From a virus, in IMG/VR virus record IMGVR_UViG_3300022188_000008, positions 31,306 to 95,305 of that record: 64,000 nucleotides of DNA; one strand, given 5' to 3'. The notes beneath the pieces are model-generated. The model saw only the letters and a program-made list of their open reading frames with translations. It was not told the DNA's origin and made no database searches. Below, piece after piece: positions 1 to 9,042 of the stretch. The first letter of the stretch is position 1, and each line of letters starts with the position of its first letter. The position numbers were made by a program, and so were the translations under genes.

Positions 1-1
1 T

Positions 2-460
2 CCATGTTCTTCTAACTCCTGAATGAAACATTCTGAATTTCATAACATTTATAGCGCAATATGTTTTTCCTAATCCCATTTTTATGAATAACCCTGCTGA
101 TGGGAAGATAGTTCCGAAATAAATTGTCAATATTTGATGCCTGTAATAATCTCCTAGTAATTCTATTTTAGATTCGAGCTTTTCTTTTAATTCTAATACT
201 TTATCTTCATCATGTATTAAGTTCTTTATAGCAGTTCCCCACATTTTTTGCTTTATAGAAGCAAGGTATTTCTCTTCTTTTGCTTGTAGTTCTTTAAATC
301 TTGGTTCTCTGGGGAACTGCTCTCCGAGGTCAAAAAGATTTTGAGGTGTAAGGGGGATCTTATAGACCCCCTTTTCTATCACCTTAAAATTGATATTCTT
401 TATTCTTCTATCAGTTTTTACCCAAATCCAGTGTTTATTTCTTTTCAATATTTTTATCAT
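2..460 (-). CDS. SNF2-family (SF2) helicase, N-terminal part; runs off the left edge and is not in the ORF track
   Basis: Manual translation from ATG 460: MIKILKRNKHW...DYYRHQILTIYFGTIFPSAGLFIKMGLGKTYCAINVM. Q-motif-like YRHQ and the SNF2-type Walker A MGLGKT. Confidence 0.75.
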   Translation of the reverse strand, partial: MIKILKRNKHWIWVKTDRRIKNINFKVIEKGVYKIPLTPQNLFDLGEQFPREPRFKELQAKEEKYLASIKQKMWGTAIKNLIHDEDKVLELKEKLESKIELLGDYYRHQILTIYFGTIFPSAGLFIKMGLGKTYCAINVMKFRMFHSGVRRTW

Positions 461-463
461 GAT

Positions 464-820
464 TTATTTCTTATTTTTCTTCCTCATGGTGATTCTTTTG
501 CTCTCTTTTATATCACATTGAGCTTCGATGCCCGCCATAGTTTTCTTATCTAATAGCTTGGAGAGGGCAGTTTTATTAATGGACACTACTTTTAAGAATT
601 TAGGCACGCTTTTTATTGCTTTCCAAACAATTGCGGGATTAAAGACTATCGTATGTACAGTTATGATTTCGATAGGATAATCCTTTTTATTGATATATTT
701 TTCATATTTGAGTAATTCCTCTTTATACTGCTTTTCATATTTAGCGTATTGCTCTTTTAATTTTTTTACCCTGAGGTATTCCCCTACCAGTTTGTCTACT
801 TTTTTCTTTGAAATAGCCAT
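464..820 (-). CDS. Hypothetical basic protein
   Basis: ORF track 464..847; start moved to ATG 820 behind an AGGAGG RBS. Confidence 0.6.
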   Translation of the reverse strand: MAISKKKVDKLVGEYLRVKKLKEQYAKYEKQYKEELLKYEKYINKKDYPIEIITVHTIVFNPAIVWKAIKSVPKFLKVVSINKTALSKLLDKKTMAGIEAQCDIKESKRITMRKKNKK

Positions 821-1164
821 TATGTCCTCCTTATAATTCTGAGACAATTAGTAGCAAAAGGATAAAAAGCTAAGTTCCCTGAGATTAATATGGTAATTTT
901 TCCTTCTGGATCTTTTTCTATATAGATGCTACCTCCCCCATCCATTCTAACCTCGACTTTATTTTCCTTATTGAAGTGAAAGCTTTTCATTTTTGAATAT
1001 ACAACAATATCGGATTTCAGACTTTCATCTTGTTCAATTAATATATCAATCATCTTTCCTTGGGTTTTTACTAATTCTTCTAAATCTTTGATATAGCATT
1101 GTATCCATTTAGGTTGTTTCTTTAACTCTTGTTTCTGCTGTTCACTTTTTATCAGCATTTTCAT
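820..1164 (-). CDS. Hypothetical protein, paralog of the next gene
   Basis: Shares LKKQPKW(I/V)Q, a coiled coil and SDIxV with 1172..1501. Confidence 0.65.
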   Translation of the reverse strand: MKMLIKSEQQKQELKKQPKWIQCYIKDLEELVKTQGKMIDILIEQDESLKSDIVVYSKMKSFHFNKENKVEVRMDGGGSIYIEKDPEGKITILISGNLAFYPFATNCLRIIRRT

Positions 1165-1171
1165 CTCTCCT

Positions 1172-1501
1172 TTAATATTCTTCGCTTTTTACTCTTATAG
1201 AATTCCACGCTCTGGGCAATACCTTTATACAAGTACGGCCTTGTACCACTAGCCTTCGTTCCTTCTCAAAATAAACTTCTATTATTGATATTCCATCTTT
1301 GAATTTTATTCTTACATTATTATTAAGATAAAACCCATTATTACCATCTGTTTGAACCCAAATATCAGATTCACGCTCTTTTTTATTTAAAATTCTTATT
1401 GTCTCTTTTGCTTTCTCCAATTCCTTTTCCAAATCCTCTACCAATTCTTGTACCCATTTTGGTTGTTTTTTTAATTTCTCTCTTTGTGAATTCGTTAGCA
1501 T
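1172..1501 (-). CDS. Hypothetical protein, paralog of the previous gene
   Basis: LKKQPKWVQELVEDLE; RBS AAGGGAG before ATG 1501. Confidence 0.65.
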   Translation of the reverse strand: MLTNSQREKLKKQPKWVQELVEDLEKELEKAKETIRILNKKERESDIWVQTDGNNGFYLNNNVRIKFKDGISIIEVYFEKERRLVVQGRTCIKVLPRAWNSIRVKSEEY

Positions 1502-1514
1502 TTTATTCTCCCTT

Positions 1515-1757
1515 CTAAGCAATTTTAGCTTCTCTTTCAAAGGAACAAATCAGGTTTTTTAACCCATTTTTTGTTCCCCCTAGTGTTTCATATACTTCAA
1601 CTACATCAACTCTTCTCTCAGAATCGTGAGTTATCGCCACTTCTACGCCTATATTTGGGCTAAAAAGACGACACCTAATACCTGAGTCCTTTTTCCCTCT
1701 GAAATGCCCTTCTGTAGCACCAAACCCCTTATAAAACCCATGAAAGTATAATTTCAT
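1515..1757 (-). CDS. Hypothetical phage protein
   Basis: ORF track 1515..1904; AGGAGG RBS supports ATG 1757 (MKLYFHGFYKG). Confidence 0.6.
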   Translation of the reverse strand: MKLYFHGFYKGFGATEGHFRGKKDSGIRCRLFSPNIGVEVAITHDSERRVDVVEVYETLGGTKNGLKNLICSFEREAKIA

Positions 1758-1777
1758 TGCATACCTCCTATATTTGT

Positions 1778-1945
1778 TTATCTTCGAAATAGAAACATCC
1801 GCATCAATGTAAAAACAACAGTATTTATTACGACTGATGCAAGAAATACCCATAGACCTAAGAAGAAATATTTTGGTACTACGGTTGCTAAGAAAATAAA
1901 CCACCCAATAGTTATTAATATCATGATAATAGTAAATATCTTCAT
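1778..1945 (-). CDS. Small two-TM membrane protein (55 aa, not in ORF track)
   Basis: MKIFTIIMILITIGWFIFLATVVPKYFFLGLWVFLASVVINTVVFTLMRMFLFRR; GAGGAGG RBS; start overlaps the upstream stop. Confidence 0.6.
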   Translation of the reverse strand: MKIFTIIMILITIGWFIFLATVVPKYFFLGLWVFLASVVINTVVFTLMRMFLFRR

Positions 1946-2172
1946 TATTCCTCCTCTAAATTACCTGTACCTGTCCAATGCTCACAACCAGGAATGTCTG
2001 GTAATTCCCAATTCTCTCCAATATAACCCATTAATGACAGTTTCCCGCATTCTGAGCACTCATAGACAGTATACCATTTGTCTTGCTCTGTTGGCTCTTC
2101 AAATTCTTTTCTTGCTTCTTCAGGATGTTCCTCCCAGAAATCCGATAATCTACCTCGATATTTCCAACCCAT
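1945..2172 (-). CDS. Small Zn-ribbon-like protein
   Basis: CSECG and CEH; GGAGG RBS upstream. Confidence 0.55.
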   Translation of the reverse strand: MGWKYRGRLSDFWEEHPEEARKEFEEPTEQDKWYTVYECSECGKLSLMGYIGENWELPDIPGCEHWTGTGNLEEE

Positions 2173-2191
2173 ATTTCATACCTCCTTTTCT

Positions 2192-2521
2192 TTAAAGTAT
2201 TTCTTCCCACCACCAAGAATGGGGATTAATTTTACCGTTTCTTACACTAAATCCCATCCTGATTTTATGCTTTCCATCATCAGGGTTTATATGGGTTACT
2301 GTAAAATCATAATACCCATCTGAGGTGGGAATAAAATAGTCCTCGATTATGATATTGGCTATTTCCCATACGTAATCATGGTGATCTATAACTAATTCCC
2401 CGTGGCCTACAATCCCAAATCCATAATCAAGATATTCTTCTTCTACCCTGCAATTGTTTTTAAACCATTCTTGCCAGAAATTATCATTTATTTTCTTGGC
2501 TGCCTCTCCCATGCTTTTCAC
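2192..2521 (-). CDS. Hypothetical acidic protein
   Basis: ORF directly downstream of the promoter at 2537-2565. Confidence 0.6.
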   Translation of the reverse strand: MKSMGEAAKKINDNFWQEWFKNNCRVEEEYLDYGFGIVGHGELVIDHHDYVWEIANIIIEDYFIPTSDGYYDFTVTHINPDDGKHKIRMGFSVRNGKINPHSWWWEEIL

Positions 2522-2536
2522 CCCCTTTCAATTTCG

Positions 2537-2565
2537 ATAATACTATAAATTAACATACTTGTCAA
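2537..2565 (-). promoter_or_regulatory. Sigma70-type promoter
   Basis: TTGACA-17nt-TATTAT on the minus strand; an operator-like TCATAA-N6-TTATAA abuts the -35. Confidence 0.7.
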
Positions 2566-2597
2566 TTATAATAAAAATTATGAAAAAGTTATGATTT

Positions 2598-2942
2598 TTA
2601 TTTCACTAGAAACCTTCTAACTGCAAATACGTTTCCGTTACCATCTTTGATACAATCAAGTCCTGTATCAGGGGCTATTATGTCTTTTCTTCCTTTTATT
2701 TTGTTAAATAGAACCACAGAAACGATATATAAAGTGTTCTCTTTTGGTTCAGGTAAATTGATTATTTCTTTCAATCTTGGCCTACTGGTGGGGATAAATC
2801 CCCCCTCGATTTCTATTGCCCAACCAGGTTCGAATTTTGTTAGTGCTCTGGCTACTTTTCCGCTGGGTGGAAATATAGCAATTATTTTATTATCCTCATT
2901 AATCACTCTTATCGGATGTGCTGTTAAATTCACAATTTTCAC
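2598..2942 (-). CDS. Conserved phage hypothetical protein (NLTxH...PSG..AR...LPEP...YIVS type)
   Basis: Motif pattern recognised from viral hypothetical proteins; function unknown. Confidence 0.6.
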   Translation of the reverse strand: MKIVNLTAHPIRVINEDNKIIAIFPPSGKVARALTKFEPGWAIEIEGGFIPTSRPRLKEIINLPEPKENTLYIVSVVLFNKIKGRKDIIAPDTGLDCIKDGNGNVFAVRRFLVK

Positions 2943-2954
2943 TCTATCCCTCCT

Positions 2955-3161
2955 TCACTGAGATTCTTTTACTTTTTTGATAAATGTCTTCTCAATAGGC
3001 ACATAATAAACATAAGCCTCTTCTTTTTTACCATATGTAAATTCAACTTCCCCGCCTGAAGTTGGTTGAATGCCATAATCAATTATGCAAATCTCGTCAC
3101 ATTTATCGTCATCTTTTGTTGCAGATGTAATAATTCCACCCTCGATTGTTATATAAATCAT
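2955..3161 (-). CDS. Hypothetical protein
   Basis: ORF with the shared GGAGGATTGAATCATG junction. Confidence 0.55.
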   Translation of the reverse strand: MIYITIEGGIITSATKDDDKCDEICIIDYGIQPTSGGEVEFTYGKKEEAYVYYVPIEKTFIKKVKESQ

Positions 3162-3164
3162 GAT

Positions 3165-3377
3165 TCAATCCTCCTTGCTATACATAAATGTATAAATATA
3201 TAGATGTTTTTCTGAGATGTTAGTAAGTTCATTTACTAATTCCTCGAAATTATCATTTGGGTGAACATACACATTAAAACTGTCATAGATGTTTGAAACA
3301 ATTCTAGATTTAAACCCTTTCTCTTTTAACTCTGTATTGATTTGAAGAATTATTTCAGTAAAATTTGTTGTGCCCAC
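3165..3377 (-). CDS. Hypothetical protein
   Basis: ORF with GAGGAGG RBS and GTG start. Confidence 0.55.
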   Translation of the reverse strand: MGTTNFTEIILQINTELKEKGFKSRIVSNIYDSFNVYVHPNDNFEELVNELTNISEKHLYIYTFMYSKED

Positions 3378-3380
3378 GTT

Positions 3381-3683
3381 CTAATCCTCCTTTTTCTTTT
3401 TAATGCTGTTGAAATAGAGTTTTGATATACAATACATTGCAAGATCATCTGGTGTTATTTCTCTTCTAGGCTCTTTTAACCACTGTTCGCAATTTTTTAG
3501 TGCTTTTTCTAACCATCTCTCTTTATTATTTAATGTTCTTCTTTCCTTATGTCTTGTTCTATAAATATCCTCGATTCTATAATATTCTGTTTCTAACATC
3601 TTATAAACACTATCTCTCCAAACATCATATTCCCTAAACACTTTATTAACAAAATCTTTGCATTTAGGATTATACATAATCAT
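3381..3683 (-). CDS. Hypothetical protein
   Basis: ORF with the shared junction RBS. Confidence 0.6.
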   Translation of the reverse strand: MIMYNPKCKDFVNKVFREYDVWRDSVYKMLETEYYRIEDIYRTRHKERRTLNNKERWLEKALKNCEQWLKEPRREITPDDLAMYCISKLYFNSIKKKKED

Positions 3684-3686
3684 GAT

Positions 3687-4133
3687 TCAATCCTCCTCGA
3701 TTTCTGCCAGTATTGAAATTATCCTCGCTTTTCCTATTTCCTTAACCATTTTCTTTAAACCCTCTTTAATCCTATCTTCAGGCTTTGTATCCCTGAACAT
3801 GCTAACTGTTTCACCCTCGGAGAATCTCTCATAAAAGATATAATCTCCCTCGATTTTTCTAAATATTAGATATTGTCTATTTTGATTTTTCCAGCTTCCC
3901 CCTGCTATTTCGATAGGAACATCAAGAGGAATGTTTTCTACAGGTAAATAAGGCTCTTTTCTTCTTTTTGAATCCCTTGTAAATCCATCTAAGAAAGACC
4001 TGTTAAACTTAAATTTAGGATGCAGTCCTGTTATTTCTGCAACCCACCAATTAACAGAAGTATTTATATACATGAAATCATGAAAATTAACGCATTTATA
4101 TCCATCTCTTTCTATTAGTTTCATTTTTTCCAT
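3687..4133 (-). CDS. Conserved phage hypothetical protein (WVAEITG...F.R.FL motif)
   Basis: 148-aa ORF; AAGGAGG RBS. Confidence 0.6.
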   Translation of the reverse strand: MEKMKLIERDGYKCVNFHDFMYINTSVNWWVAEITGLHPKFKFNRSFLDGFTRDSKRRKEPYLPVENIPLDVPIEIAGGSWKNQNRQYLIFRKIEGDYIFYERFSEGETVSMFRDTKPEDRIKEGLKKMVKEIGKARIISILAEIEED

Positions 4134-4149
4134 GTTTAATAGCCTCCTT

Positions 4150-4374
4150 TTAATATCCTGGCCTTAGTTCATTAACAGCTTTTTTAGTTCCCGTCTCTGT
4201 TTCGATCCAACAAAGTACGGCGCCCCAGCGGTTAAAAATAGCTGGTTTCCCCTTCTTTTTGGTAGATTCCAAGACATAACCTTTAAATTCATGTTTTCCT
4301 GATCTACCAATAACTAATTCCCCGATTTGTGGCCTCCAACCTTTAGGTGCTTGGTAATTGATAAAACTTGCCAT
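4150..4374 (-). CDS. Hypothetical SH3-like protein
   Basis: AGGAGG RBS supports ATG 4374; PQIGELVIG...GYVLE beta pattern. Confidence 0.5.
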   Translation of the reverse strand: MASFINYQAPKGWRPQIGELVIGRSGKHEFKGYVLESTKKKGKPAIFNRWGAVLCWIETETGTKKAVNELRPGY

Positions 4375-4393
4375 TTTAATAACCTCCTTTCTA

Positions 4394-4810
4394 TTATTTC
4401 TTAAGGGAATTGATGAAATCAGAAGCAAGTTGACTAAAGGCAATAGGTCTTAAGTTTTTTGCTCTTATCCGCTTTATCTCTCTTATTTTATTATGTATTT
4501 TCTTTTTCTGTTTTTTTACTTTTTCAGCAGCTTGATGAAGTGTTAAATTAGATTCTAAATTGTAATCTAATCCGAAAAGAAATCCCGCTTTTTCCATATA
4601 ACATATAAATTCTGGTAAGCTCATTATTTTATTGCCTAAATATACTTTTGTTTTCCCCTCTCCTGATATGTATAAATCTATTTCAATCCCTTCTTTTTCT
4701 AGTTTTATATCTGTCACTTTGTGAGATAATAGATAACTGTATTCATCTTTTGATAATTTTAAAGCAAAGCCCCCTCCATTATCCATTTTGAGAACCAATT
4801 TCCTTTTCAT
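4394..4810 (-). CDS. Hypothetical protein
   Basis: 138-aa ORF with junction RBS. Confidence 0.6.
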   Translation of the reverse strand: MKRKLVLKMDNGGGFALKLSKDEYSYLLSHKVTDIKLEKEGIEIDLYISGEGKTKVYLGNKIMSLPEFICYMEKAGFLFGLDYNLESNLTLHQAAEKVKKQKKKIHNKIREIKRIRAKNLRPIAFSQLASDFINSLKK

Positions 4811-4813
4811 GAT

Positions 4814-4993
4814 TTAATCCTCCTCTTTTATTTCTACATTAAAAATATAATCCCAATCCAGATTATCAGCGTACCAAACAATTGTCTCAGTAGTTCCAAA
4901 TATATTTTTAACTTCCTCGATCTTTTTAACTGGTCTCCATCTCCCAAATTTAAATTTTGTTAACTGACAGGGTTTCTTTCTTGCGTGTAACAT
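4814..4993 (-). CDS. Hypothetical protein (59 aa, not in ORF track)
   Basis: MLHARKKPCQLTKF...VEIKEED; AAGGGGG RBS; ends EED* like its neighbours. Confidence 0.55.
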   Translation of the reverse strand: MLHARKKPCQLTKFKFGRWRPVKKIEEVKNIFGTTETIVWYADNLDWDYIFNVEIKEED

Positions 4994-5048
4994 TTAATCC
5001 CCCTTTTATTTCGATTATAGAGAGGGCTTTTACCCCCTCAATTTATGA

Positions 5049-5765
5049 TTATCTCATCCAAGGATGCCTTTTATCACTATCAGGCAAGTTCTTTATAAAC
5101 TCCACTACATCTTTAGGGAGTTCAAAGAATACCCATCCAGAACCATATTTATATCCACAAACAGGGCAAGGCTTGTCTAATACCCCTTTTGGATGCTCTG
5201 AAGGGTAAACATGGCCTGAAATTGTTATTTCTTCCTTATCAATCTTATAAAAGTGTCTGTACTTTTCCGGTATTTTATCAAGATTAGGCCAGGTGAAATA
5301 CCAGGGAAGATTTAATAATTCTTGTTCTTCCTTGGTTATCTCAGCTTTCCCTGTCTCTTTGAGGCTTTTTAATGCTTTTTCTTTGATTTTTCTAGTGAGA
5401 GTATATAACTCGGTAGTTCTGTTATATTCTCTCTTTACAATCTTTTCCTTGCCCCATCCAAGCTCCTTTTGATGTTCGCAACAAGGGTTCATATCGTTTA
5501 GATGCCAATTTTCCCATATATCTAGGAATTTCTTTAATTTTTCGGAATCCCATCCAGGGGCATACTCGATAATATATCTTCTTATTGTGTCATAAATTTG
5601 CCCACAACTCCCCTTACAATCTCCGTTGCTAAGTGGGGCTTCTACCCCTGTAATGCTTAGCACAAGTCCTCTTTTTTTCTTCTCATATAACCTTATTTCA
5701 CAAAATACATCTCCTTTAAAGGTCTTGCCTACTCTTACAATCTTCTTGAATACTATTTTTTCCAT
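5049..5765 (-). CDS. Conserved phage hypothetical protein with metal-binding motifs
   Basis: GSCGQI, WHLNDM..CEHQ and CPVCGYKYGSGW motifs. Confidence 0.65.
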   Translation of the reverse strand: MEKIVFKKIVRVGKTFKGDVFCEIRLYEKKKRGLVLSITGVEAPLSNGDCKGSCGQIYDTIRRYIIEYAPGWDSEKLKKFLDIWENWHLNDMNPCCEHQKELGWGKEKIVKREYNRTTELYTLTRKIKEKALKSLKETGKAEITKEEQELLNLPWYFTWPNLDKIPEKYRHFYKIDKEEITISGHVYPSEHPKGVLDKPCPVCGYKYGSGWVFFELPKDVVEFIKNLPDSDKRHPWMR

Positions 5766-5817
5766 AAAAACCCCCTTATAATTTGATTAGAGAGGAGGCA
5801 GAAGCCCCCTCGATTTA

Positions 5818-6057
5818 TTATCTTTTTGTGACTACCAACATTGAGTTAGGCTCTTGGCCTGATTCAATGGTAAGCACAATTTTTCCCTCTTTAGTGACGT
5901 AACCCCGAATATAAGCGCCTATAGCAACCTTTCCCTCTTTTCGTTGCTTTATTACCATTTCAAAGCCCCCGTCTTTTTCCCTAGGGCCAAATGCTATAGG
6001 ATTCTTATATCCATCAATTTTAGCCTCGATCCAAAAATTTCTAACATTTCTTGGCAT
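5818..6057 (-). CDS. Hypothetical protein
   Basis: ORF with AGGAGG RBS (VRNFWIEA.IDG). Confidence 0.6.
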   Translation of the reverse strand: MPRNVRNFWIEAKIDGYKNPIAFGPREKDGGFEMVIKQRKEGKVAIGAYIRGYVTKEGKIVLTIESGQEPNSMLVVTKR

Positions 6058-6112
6058 ACTTTATCCTCCTTTTAATTTGATTAAAGAGAGGGCAAAAGCC
6101 CCTCGATTTATA

Positions 6113-6541
6113 TTAATTATGCCTATAAACTACTATTTCATCCTTACTATTAAATCCCAATTCTTCCATTAAATGATTATTGATCTTTGCCGTCTTTTCA
6201 TATCCGTCATAGTTTGCAAAGGTTTCTTCAGGGCAATCTTTATGCAAGTCTAACCATTCATTAAGGCTTTTAACTTGTGCTTGTCCAGGGCCTGCATATT
6301 GTCCTAGACCCCACTTAATCAGGGTTTCTTCTCCTACAATACAAGCAAATTCTTGAGGGTCATCGTTTGCTAAATCTTCCCAGTATTCCCTTGCTTTTTC
6401 TCCAGCCTCTTTATAGCTTTCTGCGATATACCATTCAGTTCCGTCTTCGAGTTCTATTAAGGGTAAATACCCATAATTTTTAACATCTGTTACTTCTAAA
6501 ACCTCTGTTTCACCTTCGATAAGTATTAACAGCTTTTCCAT
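6113..6541 (-). CDS. Hypothetical acidic protein
   Basis: 142-aa ORF with RBS. Confidence 0.6.
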   Translation of the reverse strand: MEKLLILIEGETEVLEVTDVKNYGYLPLIELEDGTEWYIAESYKEAGEKAREYWEDLANDDPQEFACIVGEETLIKWGLGQYAGPGQAQVKSLNEWLDLHKDCPEETFANYDGYEKTAKINNHLMEELGFNSKDEIVVYRHN

Positions 6542-6555
6542 GATTTACCTCCTTT

Positions 6556-6737
6556 TCAGTTAATAAGTTCTAATTCTTTAAAATCTTTCCAGGGTCTTCT
6601 AATATCGAAGATTGGAAGATCATTTAAACCGTAATTGATAAGTGCTTTTCCCTCTTTTATCTCGTATACCACCCCCTTTTCCATAATGTACCTTTTGGGT
6701 TAGTAATGACCTTCACTTTATCACCTATTTTGAACAT
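6556..6737 (-). CDS. KOW/SH3-like protein split by a -1 frameshift (programmed shift, pseudogene or sequence error)
   Basis: MFKIGDKVKVITNPK, then the -1 frame gives RYIMEKGVVYEIKEGKALINYG...ELIN*; heptamer C CCA AAA at 6699-6693. Confidence 0.5.
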
Positions 6738-6749
6738 TTTATCCCCTTT

Positions 6750-7052
6750 TTAATTGATTATAGGCTTTTTAATATCGCTATCTAATACCCTGCAAAAAGG
6801 CGAATTAATCCAATTATCGCCTTTATTATATATTAACCACTGTCTCGGCCTGTACCCCATTAAAGGTATAAATTTTGAAGGCACTAGATATGCTATAAAT
6901 TCATAATTCCCCGCTTTAAATTCAATTGCAGTTTTAAAAGGTGAATATTCAGGTACATATCTATAGTTATTTATATCTCTGATAGCTTTTTCTAGTGGTT
7001 TTACTATTTTTGGACTATTTACAAAATCAGTATTCTTATAACCAAATGTCAT
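6750..7052 (-). CDS. Hypothetical protein
   Basis: ORF with GAGGGGG RBS. Confidence 0.55.
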   Translation of the reverse strand: MTFGYKNTDFVNSPKIVKPLEKAIRDINNYRYVPEYSPFKTAIEFKAGNYEFIAYLVPSKFIPLMGYRPRQWLIYNKGDNWINSPFCRVLDSDIKKPIIN

Positions 7053-7064
7053 TTTATCCCCCTC

Positions 7065-7316
7065 TTAAATGATATTAAATTCTTTAAGAATATGTTTCAT
7101 TGCTGTTTCGATATTACTATCATTTAAGTATGTATATAATTCCCTAGTATCATAACGGCTTAAGATTAGCATATCCCAACATAACTTTTTTGGACTTGGA
7201 GAAAACTTGTTTATAGCCTCTTTAAGTCTTTCTTTGGTTATTTTCTCAATTGTTTTTTGCATAGTTTGTTTTAATTCTTTGTAGTCTTTTTCTTTTATCT
7301 TTAATCTACCGTCCAT
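7065..7316 (-). CDS. Hypothetical protein
   Basis: LY.YLNDSNIETAMKHI C-terminal motif; RBS present. Confidence 0.6.
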   Translation of the reverse strand: MDGRLKIKEKDYKELKQTMQKTIEKITKERLKEAINKFSPSPKKLCWDMLILSRYDTRELYTYLNDSNIETAMKHILKEFNII

Positions 7317-7326
7317 ATTAACCCCC

Positions 7327-7452
7327 TTATTTTTTGATATAATCTTTACATTTTGTTACAGGAAAATCACATGGTATATGTGCCTTGCATGGTACAGGGC
7401 AATTGTAGTTTTTGCATGTACTGCAGAGGCATTTTTTGCATGTATTTTTCAT
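7327..7452 (-). CDS. Tiny Cys-rich metal-binding protein (41 aa, 8 Cys; not in ORF track)
   Basis: MKNTCKKCLCSTCKNYNCPVPCKAHIPCDFPVTKCKDYIKK; AAGGGGG RBS. Confidence 0.55.
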   Translation of the reverse strand: MKNTCKKCLCSTCKNYNCPVPCKAHIPCDFPVTKCKDYIKK

Positions 7453-7465
7453 AATATCCCCCTTT

Positions 7466-7768
7466 CTATCCATATATTGATATCTCAATTAATCTAGCTA
7501 GTTGAAACAGGTGAAAAAATACTTTGTTTATCTGCTCCCCAAATTCGTCTGATAGTAGATAAGTGAAGTTAAATAAGACCCCCGCTTTGTTCCGTATCTC
7601 AAATATGAGGGCTTTATTTTCGATATTTCTGCTATGATAACAGGCTTTAATTGTTTCCCATATATCTATAATTTCGCTATAAAACCTTTTCTCTAACTCA
7701 TTACTTGAATCTATTTCTAGTTTTTCTATTTCTTTTTTGGTTTTTACAATCAAGCCGTAAATAGTCAT
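7466..7768 (-). CDS. Hypothetical protein
   Basis: ORF with RBS. Confidence 0.55.
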   Translation of the reverse strand: MTIYGLIVKTKKEIEKLEIDSSNELEKRFYSEIIDIWETIKACYHSRNIENKALIFEIRNKAGVLFNFTYLLSDEFGEQINKVFFHLFQLARLIEISIYG

Positions 7769-7791
7769 TTTAAAGCCCCCTGTAATTTCGA

Positions 7792-8355
7792 TTATTCATC
7801 TTTATCTTTTTCTCTTACCCACAGGCTAAACTTAACCTGGAAACAATCAGCGTTGTTTATAAGCCATACATAATCAAATTTTTCCCCTGAATCGATACAC
7901 GAAAAACCTGCTTTTTTGATAAGGCTATAACCCCATGAAGGTACGGCTTTGTCTGTTCGGTTTTTACAAATATCTATCAATAAATTAGGGTTCTCCTCGA
8001 TGCATTCACGGCAAATTAATTCTCCGCACTCGTCATCTATAATAAAATTTGCCTCCCAAAAAGCAGAATCTGGAACGGTAGAAACGATTTTTCCACAGTG
8101 GGAACAAGTGGCAATTTCGTCAAGATAGGTAGGATAGATAAATTCTAACTCGTTATCTATATAATCATAGAGCTTATCAGGAAGGTTATTCCAATTGGCG
8201 GCAATAACAATTTCTTTTCCAGGGAAATCATAATAATGTGCTTTCCCGAATTCATAGTAACCGGATTTTTCATAAATGTATTTTTGTATTCTTCCGGCAA
8301 TTTTAAGCTCCTTTTCCAGTCTCTCATTAATTTCTTTTTCGACTCTCTCTTCCAT
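7792..8355 (-). CDS. Zn-finger-containing hypothetical protein
   Basis: CSHCGK...CRECI; first gene after the promoter at 8391-8419. Confidence 0.6.
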   Translation of the reverse strand: MEERVEKEINERLEKELKIAGRIQKYIYEKSGYYEFGKAHYYDFPGKEIVIAANWNNLPDKLYDYIDNELEFIYPTYLDEIATCSHCGKIVSTVPDSAFWEANFIIDDECGELICRECIEENPNLLIDICKNRTDKAVPSWGYSLIKKAGFSCIDSGEKFDYVWLINNADCFQVKFSLWVREKDKDE

Positions 8356-8390
8356 GTTTAATACCTCCTTTTCTCTGTTGTTTGATTGCT

Positions 8391-8419
8391 ATTATACTAT
8401 AAATTTAATTTTTTGTCAA
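8391..8419 (-). promoter_or_regulatory. Consensus sigma70 promoter
   Basis: TTGACA-17nt-TATAAT; TCATAA-N6-TTATGA palindrome just upstream at 8428-8445. Confidence 0.8.
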
Positions 8420-8470
8420 TTATTTTTTCATAATAAAAATTATGAAATTCTGAAGCCCCGCATAAATTCG

Positions 8471-8530
8471 ATATCAGACAACAATGGCCTCGATCTGAAA
8501 ATGTTCATATCAGACAAGAATGGCCTCGAT
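8471..8530. repeat. Two-copy direct repeat ATATCAGACAA(C/G)AATGGCCTCGAT
   Basis: Seen directly, lying between two TCATAA-N6-TTATGA sites. Confidence 0.7.
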
Positions 8531-8585
8531 ATATATTTCATAATTTTTATTATGAAAAAGAGGGCTAAAATGCCCTCGATTTTTT

Positions 8586-8981
8586 TCATAATAATTCATA
8601 ATAGCTAGCTTTAATCCTTTTTAACTCGATTCCGTAGGATTTAAGCCTTGTTATCATATAATCAAATCTAATGTTAGTTTTAAGCAATTCATGGCCACTT
8701 TCGTCTAATAATATAGCTTTTTTGGCGATTCCCTTGCCGGAATCACCAATAATAAAACCAACCTCAATCCATATATCCGGATCAATTCCTTTGAATCCAG
8801 GAAATTTTTTATATTGATTATTAAGATATTTTTTCTCTTTTTCATAACTTTTATTATGAACCTCGATTTTTTCTATCTGCAGATCATTAAGAATATTCTG
8901 ACAGACAGAAATGACAAAATTGTCCTCAATTTTATGGCCATATACTTCCAGTAATTCGATTTTAGCCTTGATTTCTTGCAT
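8586..8981 (-). CDS. Hypothetical protein
   Basis: ORF track 8586..9005; AAGGAGG RBS supports ATG 8981. Confidence 0.55.
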   Translation of the reverse strand: MQEIKAKIELLEVYGHKIEDNFVISVCQNILNDLQIEKIEVHNKSYEKEKKYLNNQYKKFPGFKGIDPDIWIEVGFIIGDSGKGIAKKAILLDESGHELLKTNIRFDYMITRLKSYGIELKRIKASYYELL

Positions 8982-9042
8982 AATTTTATCCCTCCTTAAA
9001 ATCAATATACGATTATATATCTTGGTATCGGATTGATACCTT

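Noticed and set aside
350-373. Terminator-like hairpin
   Set aside because: It lies inside the open helicase reading frame, so its function is unclear.
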